63,420 bases of DNA, filler included, from Salisapilia sapeloensis CBS 127946 (GCA_023334545.1; 9 parts of 9 records of this genome joined end to end with filler, not necessarily neighbours in it); one strand, 5' to 3'; shown: positions 31,801 to 44,238, numbered from the whole stretch's first letter. Numbers and translations: made by a program. Notes: generated from the sequence alone by a model not told the origin.

Positions 31801-33543
31801 TTAAACTGGTGAAATAAGTGAATCCATCTCGGATCGCGAGCTTTCTGTATCTGTCACGGAGTCGACGTCCTCTACACCCATTCGTTGCTTTCGAGGTGTC
31901 TCCGACGAGTCTTGCTGAAGGAACGTTGGTAAAAAGCGTTCCACACAATTGAGCACCATGCCACGATCGTATGGATTGTAGTAGTGACCAGTCTCATTAC
32001 GAAGGTAGTGATACCGATGCGAATTAAGTGCTTCGTTCGTCGTCAAGTTCTTCGCAGATAGGTATAAATGCGTGATAAAGAGATGAGCAACGGGAAGTAG
32101 CAAGACACCCAAGTAGATCATACTGAAGAGTACACCAGTGTGCAGACCTCGCAAGTCCCAATACACGTACAATACACGTTCAAAGACACACATATCGATC
32201 GTCAACAGCGTCACGAACGCTGTGAACCAAGCATAGTTGTGCTCGCCGACGCAGTTGTCGACGAAAGGGCAGTGGTGGTCGAAGCGAGAGACACAAATTC
32301 GACAGACACGACAGTGCTTGGCTCGTAGTGGTCGTTGGATGTGGCACGTGTGGCATAACGGACGCTCGAGGGACAGATGAGCATCCACGTCGGTCTTGCC
32401 ATCGTTCCGAATCAATTCTTCCGTCGCTCTTGTGTAGTCAGCACGAAGGTCTTCCTGCTTGCTTAGGTTTCCAGGTGACAGACTCTTCGTCTTGTACAGT
32501 ATGAAACAAGTTGAAATGTGTAGAACAAGGTGTGGGACGTAGATACTCCCGAGATCGTGAATCTGAGGGAGCAACCAGAAGACATAGAGTACTGTCGATA
32601 GCAGCAAGTTTACAATCGTAAAGTAGAAAGGTGCACGACTAGACTCCCACCACGTCAGGATGTTCCATCGATGATGGATCATTTGCTTCTTCAAGTAGTT
32701 TACGATCGGTACGAACTGCTGATGGACAGCTAGGTCTAATGGTGTTCGGCCTTTCGAGTCCTTAGCATTCAAATCGCTTTCTAATTCTTCCACGAGGAAC
32801 TCTACTGTGCTCAAGTGTCCACGCATGGCAGCTAGATGCAACGGCGTCTGGCCATACGCATCTGGGTCGTCGGAATTGACACCAAGGTACTGGAGGACCG
32901 CCACGATTTCAGTCATACCTTTATACGCAGCCCAGTGGAGAGCACTATCACGGTCGGAATCGACTAGGCTACTATCTGCTCCATGCTTGATGCAAAACAT
33001 GACAAGCAACGGATGGCCGTTCTGTGCTGATGCTAGCAGAGGCGTTCTCTGCTTCTTGGCGTCAGCAGTATTAATGTCTATGCCGATGTTCACGAAAGCT
33101 TTCAAAGCTGGAAGATTGCCGGCAACGCATGCCCAGTGGATGGGGTGCATCATGACGTCATCATCGCTTGCGAGGTCCATGGGAGCACCGAGTCCATGAA
33201 GGTACTCGACAAAGCCACCACTCCCTCGCTGTGCAACCCAGTGGGCAATCGTATGGCCTTGTGGGTCTCTAGAAGCGAGGATAGAGTCGTCATGTCGAGC
33301 AACTAGTGACTGAAATTCCATCAGATCGTTCCGTTGTGCGTAATAGACGAGCTGTTGGGAAGGAGGCAGCGACAACACCGGGTCTACTTCCCCCTGACTT
33401 TCATGCGAGTGACTGCAATGCGGTCCATGTGTATGGTTCGATGTGATGGCTATCTGGGTATCATCTGCAATCCCAGCATCTATATGCGTAGGCTGTGTAG
33501 ACTCGGAAAGCGTATCCACCTCCATACTAACTTCCGTAGTCAT
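31801..33543 (-). CDS. Ankyrin-repeat DHHC palmitoyltransferase (Akr1/TIP1/ZDHHC17-like)
   Basis: About six ankyrin repeats (e.g. GQTPLHLAAMRGH), TM helices and the Cys-rich RPLRAKHCRVCRICVSRFDHHCPFVDNCVG; probable ATG at 33543. Confidence 0.93.
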   Translation of the reverse strand: MTTEVSMEVDTLSESTQPTHIDAGIADDTQIAITSNHTHGPHCSHSHESQGEVDPVLSLPPSQQLVYYAQRNDLMEFQSLVARHDDSILASRDPQGHTIAHWVAQRGSGGFVEYLHGLGAPMDLASDDDVMMHPIHWACVAGNLPALKAFVNIGIDINTADAKKQRTPLLASAQNGHPLLVMFCIKHGADSSLVDSDRDSALHWAAYKGMTEIVAVLQYLGVNSDDPDAYGQTPLHLAAMRGHLSTVEFLVEELESDLNAKDSKGRTPLDLAVHQQFVPIVNYLKKQMIHHRWNILTWWESSRAPFYFTIVNLLLSTVLYVFWLLPQIHDLGSIYVPHLVLHISTCFILYKTKSLSPGNLSKQEDLRADYTRATEELIRNDGKTDVDAHLSLERPLCHTCHIQRPLRAKHCRVCRICVSRFDHHCPFVDNCVGEHNYAWFTAFVTLLTIDMCVFERVLYVYWDLRGLHTGVLFSMIYLGVLLLPVAHLFITHLYLSAKNLTTNEALNSHRYHYLRNETGHYYNPYDRGMVLNCVERFLPTFLQQDSSETPRKQRMGVEDVDSVTDTESSRSEMDSLISPV

Positions 33544-33699
33544 TTTCTTTGTCAGACTAAACGTCCAGTGTCTTGGTATATACAGTATGTTTGTATAGCT
33601 TATACATTGCAAATAATATGGAACAACGGTATACCCTCCGACCAACAATTTGTACATCAAATCGTATTTGGAGATTATTGACCGTCTCGAGCGATTATC

Positions 33700-34995
33700 A
33701 TGGCGAAACGTAAGCGTACAGACGCGAATACCAATGGGAAACCACGTTCAAAGAATGGAAAGTCTCTGGCAAAGGCAGACGATAAGAAGAAAAAGCAGAA
33801 AACCGTGTCAAAGAAGCCTAGTCAGCCGGTTATTGCGCCAGGGTCCAACTGGATGGCGATGAAAGACAAGCTCAAGAGCAAGAATCCGCATAAGAAAGAA
33901 ACACAGCATACGCCTGCTGCAGTGAAGTCTGTGCATGAACCGAAACAGAGCAAAAAGAAAGCTGTGGATGCTAAAAAGGCTGCGAAAGAGCAAGCGCAAT
34001 TAACCTCATGGGGCATCACACCAGACAAGATTGTCGCGATGGATTGTGAGATGGTTGGTGTTGGTCTCTCGGGCAATACAAGTGTCCTCGCAAGATGCAG
34101 TATTGTCGACTTTGATGGCAACGTCGTGTACGACAAGTACATTCGACCTGCGGAACGCGTCACAGGTTCGTTGCAAACCCTTCATCCGCCCTTTTTGTTA
34201 TGCTTATCCATGTATACATTAGACTTTAGAACACATGTAAGTGGCATTCGTGCCAAGATGCTCAAGGACGGCATTTCATTTAATCAAGTAAGTTGCATGC
34301 ACCTTGTATTTCCTACTACTGCTTACTGATCATTGGATATCACGATCAGTGCTTGAAAGAGATCGGTAAATTGATGGAAGGTAAAATTGTGGTGGGTCAC
34401 GCACTCAACAACGATTTCAAGGTGCTCATGTTCACCCCGCCGCGAGCTCTCATCCGAGATACAGCACGCTACCGACCGTACATGAGACGAAAGATGACGG
34501 GCACCGTATGCATCTCCTACGTTTATTTTATATACACTTATACTCACGTTGTCCTATGTCCTTAGAAACTGTATCCAAAGTCGCTTAAGAACCTTACGCA
34601 GGAAGTACTAGGCAAGACCATTCAAGAAGGAGAGCACAATTCTGTACGACTACATTTGATTTATATTTACACCCTCCGAACTAAATTCCGTTCGTGTTAA
34701 ACAGGTCATTGATGCTCAATCAGCACTCGAGCTTTACAAGAAAGAACAATTCCCTTGGGAAAAGTATCTTCAAAAGTCTAAGAAAGTAGGGCCTTTAGTT
34801 GGCATCGCTCCTCCCACGAAAACGCCGGAAGACACCTCGACTTCGACTGAAGTTCCAGATAAAGTGTCCACTGGTAACGCAGAGGTCCTCAATGGCATTG
34901 ACGAAGAAGACCTCGGATTGACAAAACCTACCGATCCGTCTCACGTGCACATCCCAGACTCCCAGACACTTGCACTCATGGAGTATGGCGACTAG
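33700..34995 (+). CDS. REX4: RNA exonuclease 4 (DEDDh), multi-exon
   Basis: Lys-rich N-terminus with [14 protein letters not shown]...[28 protein letters not shown] and later HNS|VIDA exons; TAG at 34993-34995. Confidence 0.9.
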
Positions 34996-35649
34996 CTTCG
35001 CCTTCGATCGCTTAGCGTCTCAAAATGGAAGAACTCTTTTGCATGCTTTGTTTATATTTTTATGGGTCTCAATTGCTTGGTCCAGGAGTGTTCACTTTCG
35101 AATTGACATCCAGACCCCGAAGCGGTCTATAGACGTAGAGTAGTAGACTACATGCCCTTCTTTACCAGCTGACGCATGCGCGCCTATGAGCGCACCTTAC
35201 CATGTGGACAGTTAAATATAGGGCATAGATCGACTTCCTAACGCTTTGTTCGTACCTTGCGGCGGTACCTTGACTTGGCGGGCCGCAAAGCCTGCTGTCA
35301 GTACTGTAGCATCCTGGTGCTTCCGACTGAAGCTTGACTTCTACCTCTTTCATCGGGCACTAAGAATGGAGCGATAGGACATTTCTTATAGACTAGTTGC
35401 ACTATTTTACTTTCCGTCCATTTCCTCCTCGTGTCATGGGCGATATACGCAGTGCAGAGAAAAATATTGGTGCATGCAAAATCGATTAGTACAAACTTCT
35501 TCTCATGAAATCTGTGCTCTGTCTTTGCTCTACCAACATCATAGTTGCCGACATGCCGTTGGCAAGTCTGACGTGGCAGCTGCCTTGAAGCTAGGCTGTA
35601 AAACTGTAGATCTATAGATCTGCTACGTACACACTTGAATAGATCACCA

Positions 35650-37557
35650 ATGTCTGAAGCACGTGAACACCTTTTATCTTCTCTTCGTAAATGGAAGCAA
35701 GAACACATTCTGTCTTCTCTAAATGATACTACCAAAGATCCTGAATGGGTGTCCCAATTCCTGCGTTTCGAGTCCTGGTACGCTGGTGGCATCGACAAGT
35801 ACCTTTCGACCGCGTCTCAGCTCTTTGCAGAGCAGCAGCCAAGCACATCCACAGATTTGAACGGCAAAGAGGAAGGTAACTCGGGTGAAAATTGGAGTGA
35901 ATGGGTTCCGTCTGTGCCCCAAGCTCCACTCGCGACGTTGGAATCACCCGAGTATGCTGATCTGGAAGCACTCGGGCTAGACAAAGTCCATTTATCTGCC
36001 TTTGTAATCGTTGCCGGTGGACTTGGTGAGCGTCTAGGCTTTCCTGGTATCAAACTAAAGCTCCCTACAAGTACGATCACGGGACACACTTATATCCAAC
36101 TGTACATTGAGCAAATTCTCGCTCTGCAGGCGCTGGTCAGTCAGCGCCGAGGTGAACAGATCATCATTCCTCTAGCGATTATGACGTCGGATAGCACCCA
36201 TGTTGCCACCAAGGAGTTCCTGGATCAAAATGATAACTTCGGTATGACATCGTCTCAACTCACGCTACTGAAGCAAGACGTGGTACCTTGTCTTGACATT
36301 GTGCCTGATGACAACGGCGACATTCAACTTCAGCTTGTGCTGAATGATGATAAAACCAGTGCCATGATGAAACCTCACGGACACGGTGATGTACACACGC
36401 TGCTACTATCGAGTGGAAAAGCTAGGGAATGGCAAGAGAAGTACGATAAGAGGTTCGTGCATTTCCTCCAGGACACGAATGGGCTCATCTTCAATAGCGT
36501 ACTTCCGCTTGTGGGCAACGCTGTTCGTAACTCACATGCGTGCGTGTTCACTGCTGTGCAGCGAAAGGCTAAAGATGCATCCGGTGGTGTTGTCAAGTTC
36601 ACGAACCCAAAAAACGAGCAAGAGTCAGCACTCTTTAACGTCGAGTATCATGAGTTAGACCAGTTCTTAAAGGAAAAGGGACGAGGTCAGTTTCCGGAAG
36701 GTGATGTAAATGATCCTGCCACAGGCTATTCTCCTTTCCCTGGCAACATCAACCACATTATGGTTGATCTAGGTCCGTACTTGCAAGTGTTGCAAGCTTC
36801 CAAAGGTCTCATGCCCGAGGTCCTGAATCCTAAGTACAAGGATGCAAGTAGGAAGTCGCTGAAATCGCCAGCTCGCCTAGAATGCATGATGCAGGACATT
36901 CCAAAGCTGCTTTTGCAGTTTGGGCAAGAAAAAAGCACATCGCCAATTCCTACCACTGGTGTCGTGCAGTTTCCACCTGAGCTGGTGTACTCGCCTTTAA
37001 AGAATGATGTTGCTAGTGCTCAGGCTAAAGCACAGCAGGACGTGCCATCGCAGTGTGCCACATCAGCTGAGCATGACCTCTTCGCCACGAATAAGCGAAA
37101 ACTCGAAGTAGTTGGAGTCAAGTTTGGACCCGAAGGTGAACATAGGAAGTGGCTCGGCATCCCTGTAAGCTGCAGCGGTCCTCACATGCTATGGTCATCT
37201 ACGTTTAACCCAGCGCAATCTGTCTTGGCTCAACACTTTCCTACACCGTCAAACATCCAAATTTCTTCACGCTCAACCTTGATCATTGAAGGTGATAATA
37301 TCACCATCAAGTCGCTAACGCTGGATGGCGCACTAGTGATCCGAGCTGCTCCTGGGGTTGAACTCATCATCGACGGACTAGACGTCATTAACGCAGGTTA
37401 TGAGTATGAATCTGTAGACCCGAACGCAGCAGACATCGATCCAGTTTATGCTATCCGAGGTTACCGCTTCAAATGTCTCGAAACCAAGACACTCGAGTAT
37501 ACCACTCCAGGCACATTTACAGTCACGAACGAACGCAAAGAACTTAACAGTTTATAA
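35650..37557 (+). CDS. USP: UDP-sugar pyrophosphorylase
   Basis: VAGGLGERLG, KPHGHGDVH, FLQDTN, FPGNINH, NPKYKD, RLECMMQD. ATG at 35650; the ORF track start is TTG. Confidence 0.92.
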   Translation: MSEAREHLLSSLRKWKQEHILSSLNDTTKDPEWVSQFLRFESWYAGGIDKYLSTASQLFAEQQPSTSTDLNGKEEGNSGENWSEWVPSVPQAPLATLESPEYADLEALGLDKVHLSAFVIVAGGLGERLGFPGIKLKLPTSTITGHTYIQLYIEQILALQALVSQRRGEQIIIPLAIMTSDSTHVATKEFLDQNDNFGMTSSQLTLLKQDVVPCLDIVPDDNGDIQLQLVLNDDKTSAMMKPHGHGDVHTLLLSSGKAREWQEKYDKRFVHFLQDTNGLIFNSVLPLVGNAVRNSHACVFTAVQRKAKDASGGVVKFTNPKNEQESALFNVEYHELDQFLKEKGRGQFPEGDVNDPATGYSPFPGNINHIMVDLGPYLQVLQASKGLMPEVLNPKYKDASRKSLKSPARLECMMQDIPKLLLQFGQEKSTSPIPTTGVVQFPPELVYSPLKNDVASAQAKAQQDVPSQCATSAEHDLFATNKRKLEVVGVKFGPEGEHRKWLGIPVSCSGPHMLWSSTFNPAQSVLAQHFPTPSNIQISSRSTLIIEGDNITIKSLTLDGALVIRAAPGVELIIDGLDVINAGYEYESVDPNAADIDPVYAIRGYRFKCLETKTLEYTTPGTFTVTNERKELNSL

Positions 37558-37603
37558 GCAATAGAAACGATCTTGACTTTCCATTCCTACTTCATATGTA
37601 AAA

Positions 37604-40588
37604 CTACAAGTAATCCTCTTCCAATGACCACTGCTGTGCCAGTTCCTCCCGTGCCTTTGTCCGTTGACCGGTGCTATTAGGCTCTTCATACTCCACAACG
37701 GACGGGGTAGCATACTCTTTGTCATCACTACTAGTATTCTTACGACCGAGTCTCCACTTGGACCGACTCGCCGTCCTCGGAGGTGACAAGTCCTTTGACA
37801 GCGGAACTTGCTCAGTACTACTGTCGTTACTCTCGTCATCTCCATCCTTCTCACGACGTAGGGGGAAGAGCTGCAGCTCGTGCGTGCTCAAGAGATCTTT
37901 AAACTGGTTTTCACGAGCACGCATCAAGTCATTAATCCAAGCGGGTGTCTTGGGGACTTTCATCATAAAAAAGTACGCTCCTCCTAGAAGAACATGTTCC
38001 AGCACAAGAATGATCAAAAGTCGCCAAGCTACGTGCATGCACCTAAAGTCTGGACCGAGGATAAAGTCATCCAATGTCTTTCCTTGCTTTTCCAATTGCT
38101 TTTCAATATCCTCCACGCATGCAGTATCAAAGAACTCGAGTGCACCAGTGGATATACATATCAACAAGACGTTGACAATCACAGCAATGTACGCATATGT
38201 CTTAAAGACTCCTTTCCAAGCCCCAATCCCATTCGCTCGTCTCGGAATCGGGCGCTTTAGTGTCTTACACAGACGATACCCATCAGTACGACGCTTTAAT
38301 GTATTAATGAGGAAGCAAGCAAAGGGCATGAGAGGCCATAGGATCGAGAACATGACAGTGAAGCCATATTGCATCGTAAGCACGTGGAAGTCATTATATG
38401 GATCGTACGTGTCCTGCTCACTGTCAAAGAGTACTTCACGTGCCTTTCGGTTCAGCACTTCAATCTCCTCGGCAGTATATTCGAGGTACCTGGCACTCGA
38501 CTTATTTCCAAAGTGAGCAGATTCTTGATCTGTATAGTCCAAGGAACCAAGTATCTTCATGGACCCAGTCTCGGCCACACGTTGCTGTGCCATTGCATCT
38601 GCACGAGCTTGTGCACGCTCTCGACGCCAACGCACGAGCATGGGCGTGAAGACGTTCAAAGCAATGTTCAGACTTTGGGTCACGATAATGGGCGTTACGA
38701 ACATCGCGCTTAAGTCGACGTGATTCCGATCGAACGTGAACCATCCAGTGCACTCGATGCAATCCGCATCTCGTTCACCAGTCGGACACTCACTACACGT
38801 TCCTTCACTCGTCACGTACGGTCCAAAGCAACAGTTCATGGGATCTCGAAAGAAGAAGCTATTAAGCGAATTCGTCAAGTAGTTTCCAAAGCCTGGTATG
38901 ACAAAGACGAACGCGAGAGAGAAGAACCAAGTGTAGTAGTTTAAAAAGTCCAGAAGAAAGAGTTTGTAGACCAACGCTCGTTCATATCGTTCTTCCGTCC
39001 GATAGTTCTCCCAGTGCGTAAACAATCGTCCCATCTTGGTGACCACGAGGTTCCACTGGATGACGTCGACGAAGAGTCCAAAGACGATACCTTCGAGGAG
39101 GATGAGGAACCATTGGGTGGAAAAGATGTGACTGACGGGATACGTCGCTTTCAACAGCTCGTAGATCGTTACCCAAACAGCCACGAGGAAGAGCATAATG
39201 ACGATCTGTGCCATCATGTACACTGCGACGCAAAGGTACTTCGGTAGTCGACGCCATGCAGGATACACTAGCTGCACTTCATTCGTCAAAGCATTAACTT
39301 TCGAGACACCATGGAAGCGCTTGTTCGGATACTCGATCTGTTTCACATGGATCTTCCCATTCCATTCGTACTGCATAGCAACATTACGCCGTTCCCAGGA
39401 CTTTAGAAATGAAAACGACCAGAGGACGCAGACACCAAGACCCCAGAATGGTAATAGACGCATGTACCCCACTGTCGGGATAGAACTCTTGAGTATTTGC
39501 ATGAGGATACCGACCAATGCGAGAGGTATGAGAGCAGTGTTATAGTAATTGATAAAAGCAAAGTAGTAGGCAACTTTTTCACCGAAGTGGTTGCGAAGAG
39601 AAGATAGAACGCGAGTGTCCTGTAGATCATCAAGAATGAATCGATATGACTTGATCCATCGACGCATCAGTTTATCGGTCAGTTTGTCATTATGCATAGG
39701 AAACATATCGTGGATCCAACGGTCATGGATCGACAAGTCCGCCTGCTGCTCGATCAAGTCACCGACGATCTGCACACGCTCAGCTGGTGTCGGCGTCGTG
39801 TCTGTACCCATGAGCTCCTGTTCCATATCCACGACACTGCCATGTTGCCGCCATAACTCATAACGAAGGCTACGCACGTAGCTATGAACGACACGGTCTT
39901 GTGCGTGGACGAGTAGGATAAGAAACTCGGAGTTCATCTCGCCCTTAGAGTGTCCTCCATCGATAATATCCACGTTGAGACCTTGTGCACACAAGGTCGA
40001 GACGATTCGTCGATGCTGCATCTCCTGTTCTTGCTCTGAACTCTGTACCTGACTACTGGTCTGCTCCATCTCATCCGGTTGTAACTTGACCAACTGCAAG
40101 ATCCGCTGGACGTTCGTACTAGAAAGAGTATCTGTATCTGTACGTTTGGCGATGACAGCATAGTCATAATCTGGCAAAGCGCCTTGAGTGATTTGTTCTG
40201 GTTTTAAATAACGGAATTCACCGTCTTGCTTAGGCTTAGACATGCCTCCCATGGCTATCTTTCGTTGGCTCTTAGCTTTCTTACGCTGTTCCTTGCGTAA
40301 TTTGCTTCCAAGTGGCATGTCAATAACAGTTTCAGCACTCTTGCCATCAAGACTGTTGCTATCACCTACAAAGCGACGAGAGATAAGCGGAACTGTCGAG
40401 TAGATATCAATGGTTCATGAGAATAAAACAAAAGCGTACGTAGGTTCATGATTATTCGTACCTTCATCGGACGGACTACTGCCACTACTACTTCCACGCT
40501 TAGCTTTACGACTAGATTTTTGGCGTGTAGTCAAACGAGAGCTTCTACTTGACACTCCATCAGTCGTATCACCTTCCGTCGGTGGCAT
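37604..40588 (-). CDS. Anoctamin/TMEM16 family channel or scramblase, 2 exons
   Basis: LRNHFGEKVAYYFAF, WENYRTE, YNDFHVLTMQYGF, RRTDGYRL...RPIPRRANGIGAW, ILVLEH. An upstream exon from ATG 40588 splices in frame. Confidence 0.9.
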
Positions 40589-40712
40589 CTCCCTTGCTCG
40601 AGACGAAATGGCACGATAAGAAGGAGTCTATAGTGGGTTAATGAATGGATTTTCTATGTATACTCCTGGTCGTAGGGTTTGCGAACGTTACTAGGTCTTA
40701 CGCATCCCAACG

Positions 40713-41729
40713 ATGGACGCGCTATGGGAACCTTCGACGGCGGGGGAATCGCATGTAGATGGCTTTGTTTCGAGATGGATGAGCTTTCTATGGCCTACGA
40801 TTGAAGACGTCGAGGAGGAAGTCGAGGTGGAGAAAGTCCCTTGTGGTGTTGACCGACCCATCGGGCAGGTGACTCGAGTGCGTCGAAAGCTGACGATGAA
40901 TCATGACATTGCTCAAATCGGGTTTGGAGGATGTGGAGGCATGTACAACTACTTTCTTGGCGTTGCATCCATTCTTCAGGTAATTCTTGTATGTAAAAGT
41001 AGAAATCGGCATGAATTGATGAGACGTAGGAAGAGTATGATTTAGAAAACGTCATTTTCTCCGGCGTGTCTGCTGGTTGCTTCCCTGCAGCGATACTGGC
41101 GTTGGGTATGGATGTAAAAGAATTTTTCTATAAGTGCAACCTTCCGTTGATTCGAGAGGGAGCAGACTGTTCCTACCATGGCCTTGGCAAGTACGTATGT
41201 CTTTAATAGTAAATGCGATACCTACTGATTGAAAGCCTATAGGTGGATTCCGATGGTGAAGGCCAACATGCTTAAGATACTACCGCCTGACGCTCACAAG
41301 CAAGTCGAGAACAAGCTCTATTTCTCTGTAACAGAGGTATGTAAACTGTTATACGCTTGTCTTATCATAATCTAATTTATGTACTAGCTCCCACGCGTTC
41401 GCAATCATCTTCTGACTTCTTGGGAAAGCAATGAAGAGATGATGGACTGCATGTTGGCTTCAGCACACGTCCCGATCTACACGACATCACTCGTGTCTTC
41501 GTATCGTGACAAATGGCTGGTGGATGGCGGACTCTCCTCTAACTACCCGATCGTCCACCCTGATCAACCACACAAGGTTTTCCAATTTTGGAAATGGAGA
41601 TGGGTCATTCCTACGTGGGTGCTGGTTACTACGAATGCCGGGTGGGCAGAACAGCTCTTTGAAATGGGGCGACAGGACGCGGCCAAAAATTTGCACGAAG
41701 TGGACGAGATATTTTTTAGTGCCTCGTAG
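40713..41729 (+). CDS. Patatin-like phospholipase, multi-exon
   Basis: Gly-rich FGGCGG loop, nucleophile elbow GVSAG and catalytic DGG, across spliced exons. Confidence 0.85.
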
Positions 41730-41981
41730 ACTGATTCCATTTCCTATCAGTACATCTTCCATGTCAATACATGTGCATCTACTTCGTCGTATCTATGACT
41801 TTGCTTTAAAAATTTTGTACACTAGCTCCATCTAATCAGATGTCACATGTCACTGCGCTCGGGAAGCTACGATAAAGTTTCGTGGAGCTTGACGTGATGG
41901 TGAGAAATGATACATGGTATCCTTTCTGTCCTAACAGTCCATCTCATTTTTGAATTTATCTTCCAACCTTCAATTCCGAAT

Positions 41982-42983
41982 ATGCCGAGTCAGCAAATTG
42001 CTACTACAAATACTACCAATACTATCGACATTCGCGTCGGTAGGGAATTTGTTGCTGGTGACCATATTGCTGGAAGAGTTATTTTGACCATTTGTGATCC
42101 GCAAGTGAATGCCTATGGTAACCTTCTACATGTATATTTGGTGATGGATGTAGACGACTGAATCGGGAAATGAGTAGGTTTGTATCTGCACGTCCAAGGA
42201 AAGGAGTTTATCAAGTTTGGACACGATAAAGATGGCAGACATCGTGGTACGAGGGTACTCAACAAGAAACTGGCATTGGAATCGGAGTCTTCATTTTCTG
42301 CTGGTTCTTATACTTATACCTTTGAGTATACGTTACCAGAAAACTTGGCCGAAAGTTTTGTCTTAGGAGGTGGCACAGCCAGATCGAAACGCCGTGGAGA
42401 TCAATTTTCGATTGTCTACAAGCTAAAGGCAGTTCTAGCTACGAAAGGAATCTTAGCACCTAATGTGCAGACTGAGGTACCCATTGCGGTGCATCAGATC
42501 CCACCTAGCGAGACGCAGCCGCAAGCATCAGAGATGACCAAGCAGGTCCGATCGCTATTCGGATGGAAACAAGGTGTGTGTGAACTTGATGCAATAACAG
42601 ACAAGAGTTTCTACATGCCAGGGGAGACCGTGAATCTGCATTATCGTGTACACAACAATTCCCGGCGAGAGCTATCCTCCCTCACGTGTGGCATCTATCA
42701 AGTTGTACGTGGCACTATAAGAAAAGAACCGATAGAAACAGAATGGGCAGTGTACGAAGTGGACTTGGGCAGCATATTCCCATTGTCTGAGATTGAAGAG
42801 ACACAGCATCTACCATTAAAGTCGCGGCTCTTTCGCGAACTATTACCAGCAACATCAACAGGAAAGCGAGTTCAAGTCACCTACGAGGTCATAGTGGAAG
42901 TCGAGAACTTGTGTGTCTACGTTCCGATCGTCGTCGTTGCACCAAGCGCTGTGCATTTAGTTGGGCCGGTGGAAGGAGAATAA
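41982..42983 (+). CDS. Alpha-arrestin-like protein, 2 exons
   Basis: FVAGDHIAGRVIL, GKEFIKF, GSYTYTFEYTLPENLAES, IVYKLKAVL, DKSFYMPGETV...VHNNS are the arrestin N- and C-domain patterns. Confidence 0.8.
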
Positions 42984-43409
42984 AATTGCATGCGAAAAGG
43001 AAATATGGACATGTAGCATTGTTACATAAATGCCGAGCTCAAGGTGTGTCCATTATTTACTTAAATATTAATAGTGATTTAAGTGTCTTGTTTGTTGATG
43101 GTAAAAATTGAGATACATTATTTCCGTTAGGTTGATTACAACTCAAAGGCGTAGATAGACAGCGTTTAATCACAGCTTTGGCTCAGACGGTCGAGCGGAA
43201 CCGAGGATACTAAAGAAGTATAATGTTGAAGCGGGGTCGCTCTCTAGTAGAAAACAAAAAATTCATATCTAGGAGCCGATCTCTCGTAAGGAATTGAAGT
43301 GCCCACTTTAACTTCGGAAGTCGCTGCTCTTGCAGTAGTACTTCGACATGATCTTTGAAACTGTGTTTGTTGAGCAGATATCCGGGTATCATGCCAGGCA
43401 AGTTAGGGC

Positions 43410-43650
43410 ATTATATGAACAAATGCGCAGAAGCTGTAATAGGGATCAATGCCCAAGTACTTGGCGGTCCTCCCTACTCCTTCACCGTTATTCACCTTTC
43501 TATTTCTATTCATGTATATCGCCCGTCCCTCTGTCATGCTTTGGCGGAATTCGTGTCGAGCTTATTGAGGTTGATCGACGGAAGTCATCGAGGTTGAACT
43601 TGAATTCGATTTACTTGCAACCGTGAGCTCTTCGCCATTTCAGTGGGACG
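43410..43650 (+). repeat. Dispersed repeat family B, copy 1 (at contig end)
   Basis: Homologous to the reverse complement of 58768-58997, including an exact 18-mer (43604-43621 vs 58795-58812). Confidence 0.8.
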
Positions 43651-43719
43651 GGTACAGTGCGAGTCGAAAATAACGCTCAATTATTTCATCGACCACTGTA
43701 CTATGCCTGTTCCGAAAGA

Positions 43720-43819
43720 NNNNNNNNNNNNNNNNNNNNNNNNNNNNNNNNNNNNNNNNNNNNTTAATTAATTAANNNNNNNNNNNNNNNNNNNNNNNNN
43801 NNNNNNNNNNNNNNNNNNN
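43720..43819. other. Artificial assembly spacer
   Basis: 44 N + TTAATTAATTAA + 44 N. Confidence 0.97.
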
Positions 43820-43908
43820 AGTCGTGCATGATCTTAATGAATTAAAAGTATGCATTTTAACCTTCTCGTATCACTCGAGTCGCTCACAACGCGCAATATC
43901 GCTGTCAC

Positions 43909-44238
43909 CTACTGTAGCGTTGCAATGCTCTCCGCTCGACGTCGTGTGTAAAAGAACATTTCGTCGTTTTGGACGTTTGTTTGCTTGACGAACCAATCCA
44001 CAATATCCACATAGCCCATGTAGGACGCGATTAACATTGCTGATCAGTCCTTGTCTTGCCATTCGTCAGGTGATCGGACTTCGCATACTCGAGCATTCAC
44101 CGTGTCGTTCATGTTGAAGCCATCCCTCACAATCGCATCAGCCCAACGTAGGAATTTGTCCTTGTCACCTTCATTGGCATGCACGGCATAATGGAGTGAA
44201 TGTGTTTGAAAAGTCTCTGAAGTCCTTAGACGAATCAA
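43909..44238 (-). pseudogene. Ankyrin-repeat pseudogene fragment
   Basis: Reading through the TGA at 44044-44046 gives SLHYAV...DKD*SAMLIASYMGYVDIVDWFVK, a recognisable ankyrin repeat, followed by TAG at 43909-43911. Confidence 0.55.

Noticed and set aside
35100-35340. Known RNA classes (U snRNAs, U3, SRP, RNase P/MRP, telomerase RNA, group I intron, hammerhead)
   Set aside because: Their diagnostic motifs are absent (Sm site, CR-I/CR-V P4 helix, telomeric template, GACUA/UAGUC P7, CUGAUGA).
43210-43401. Tc1/mariner transposase fragment (KLKWALQFL)
   Set aside because: It resembles the RLxWA motif, but the expected DEKWF-type catalytic motif does not follow and no TIR is evident.
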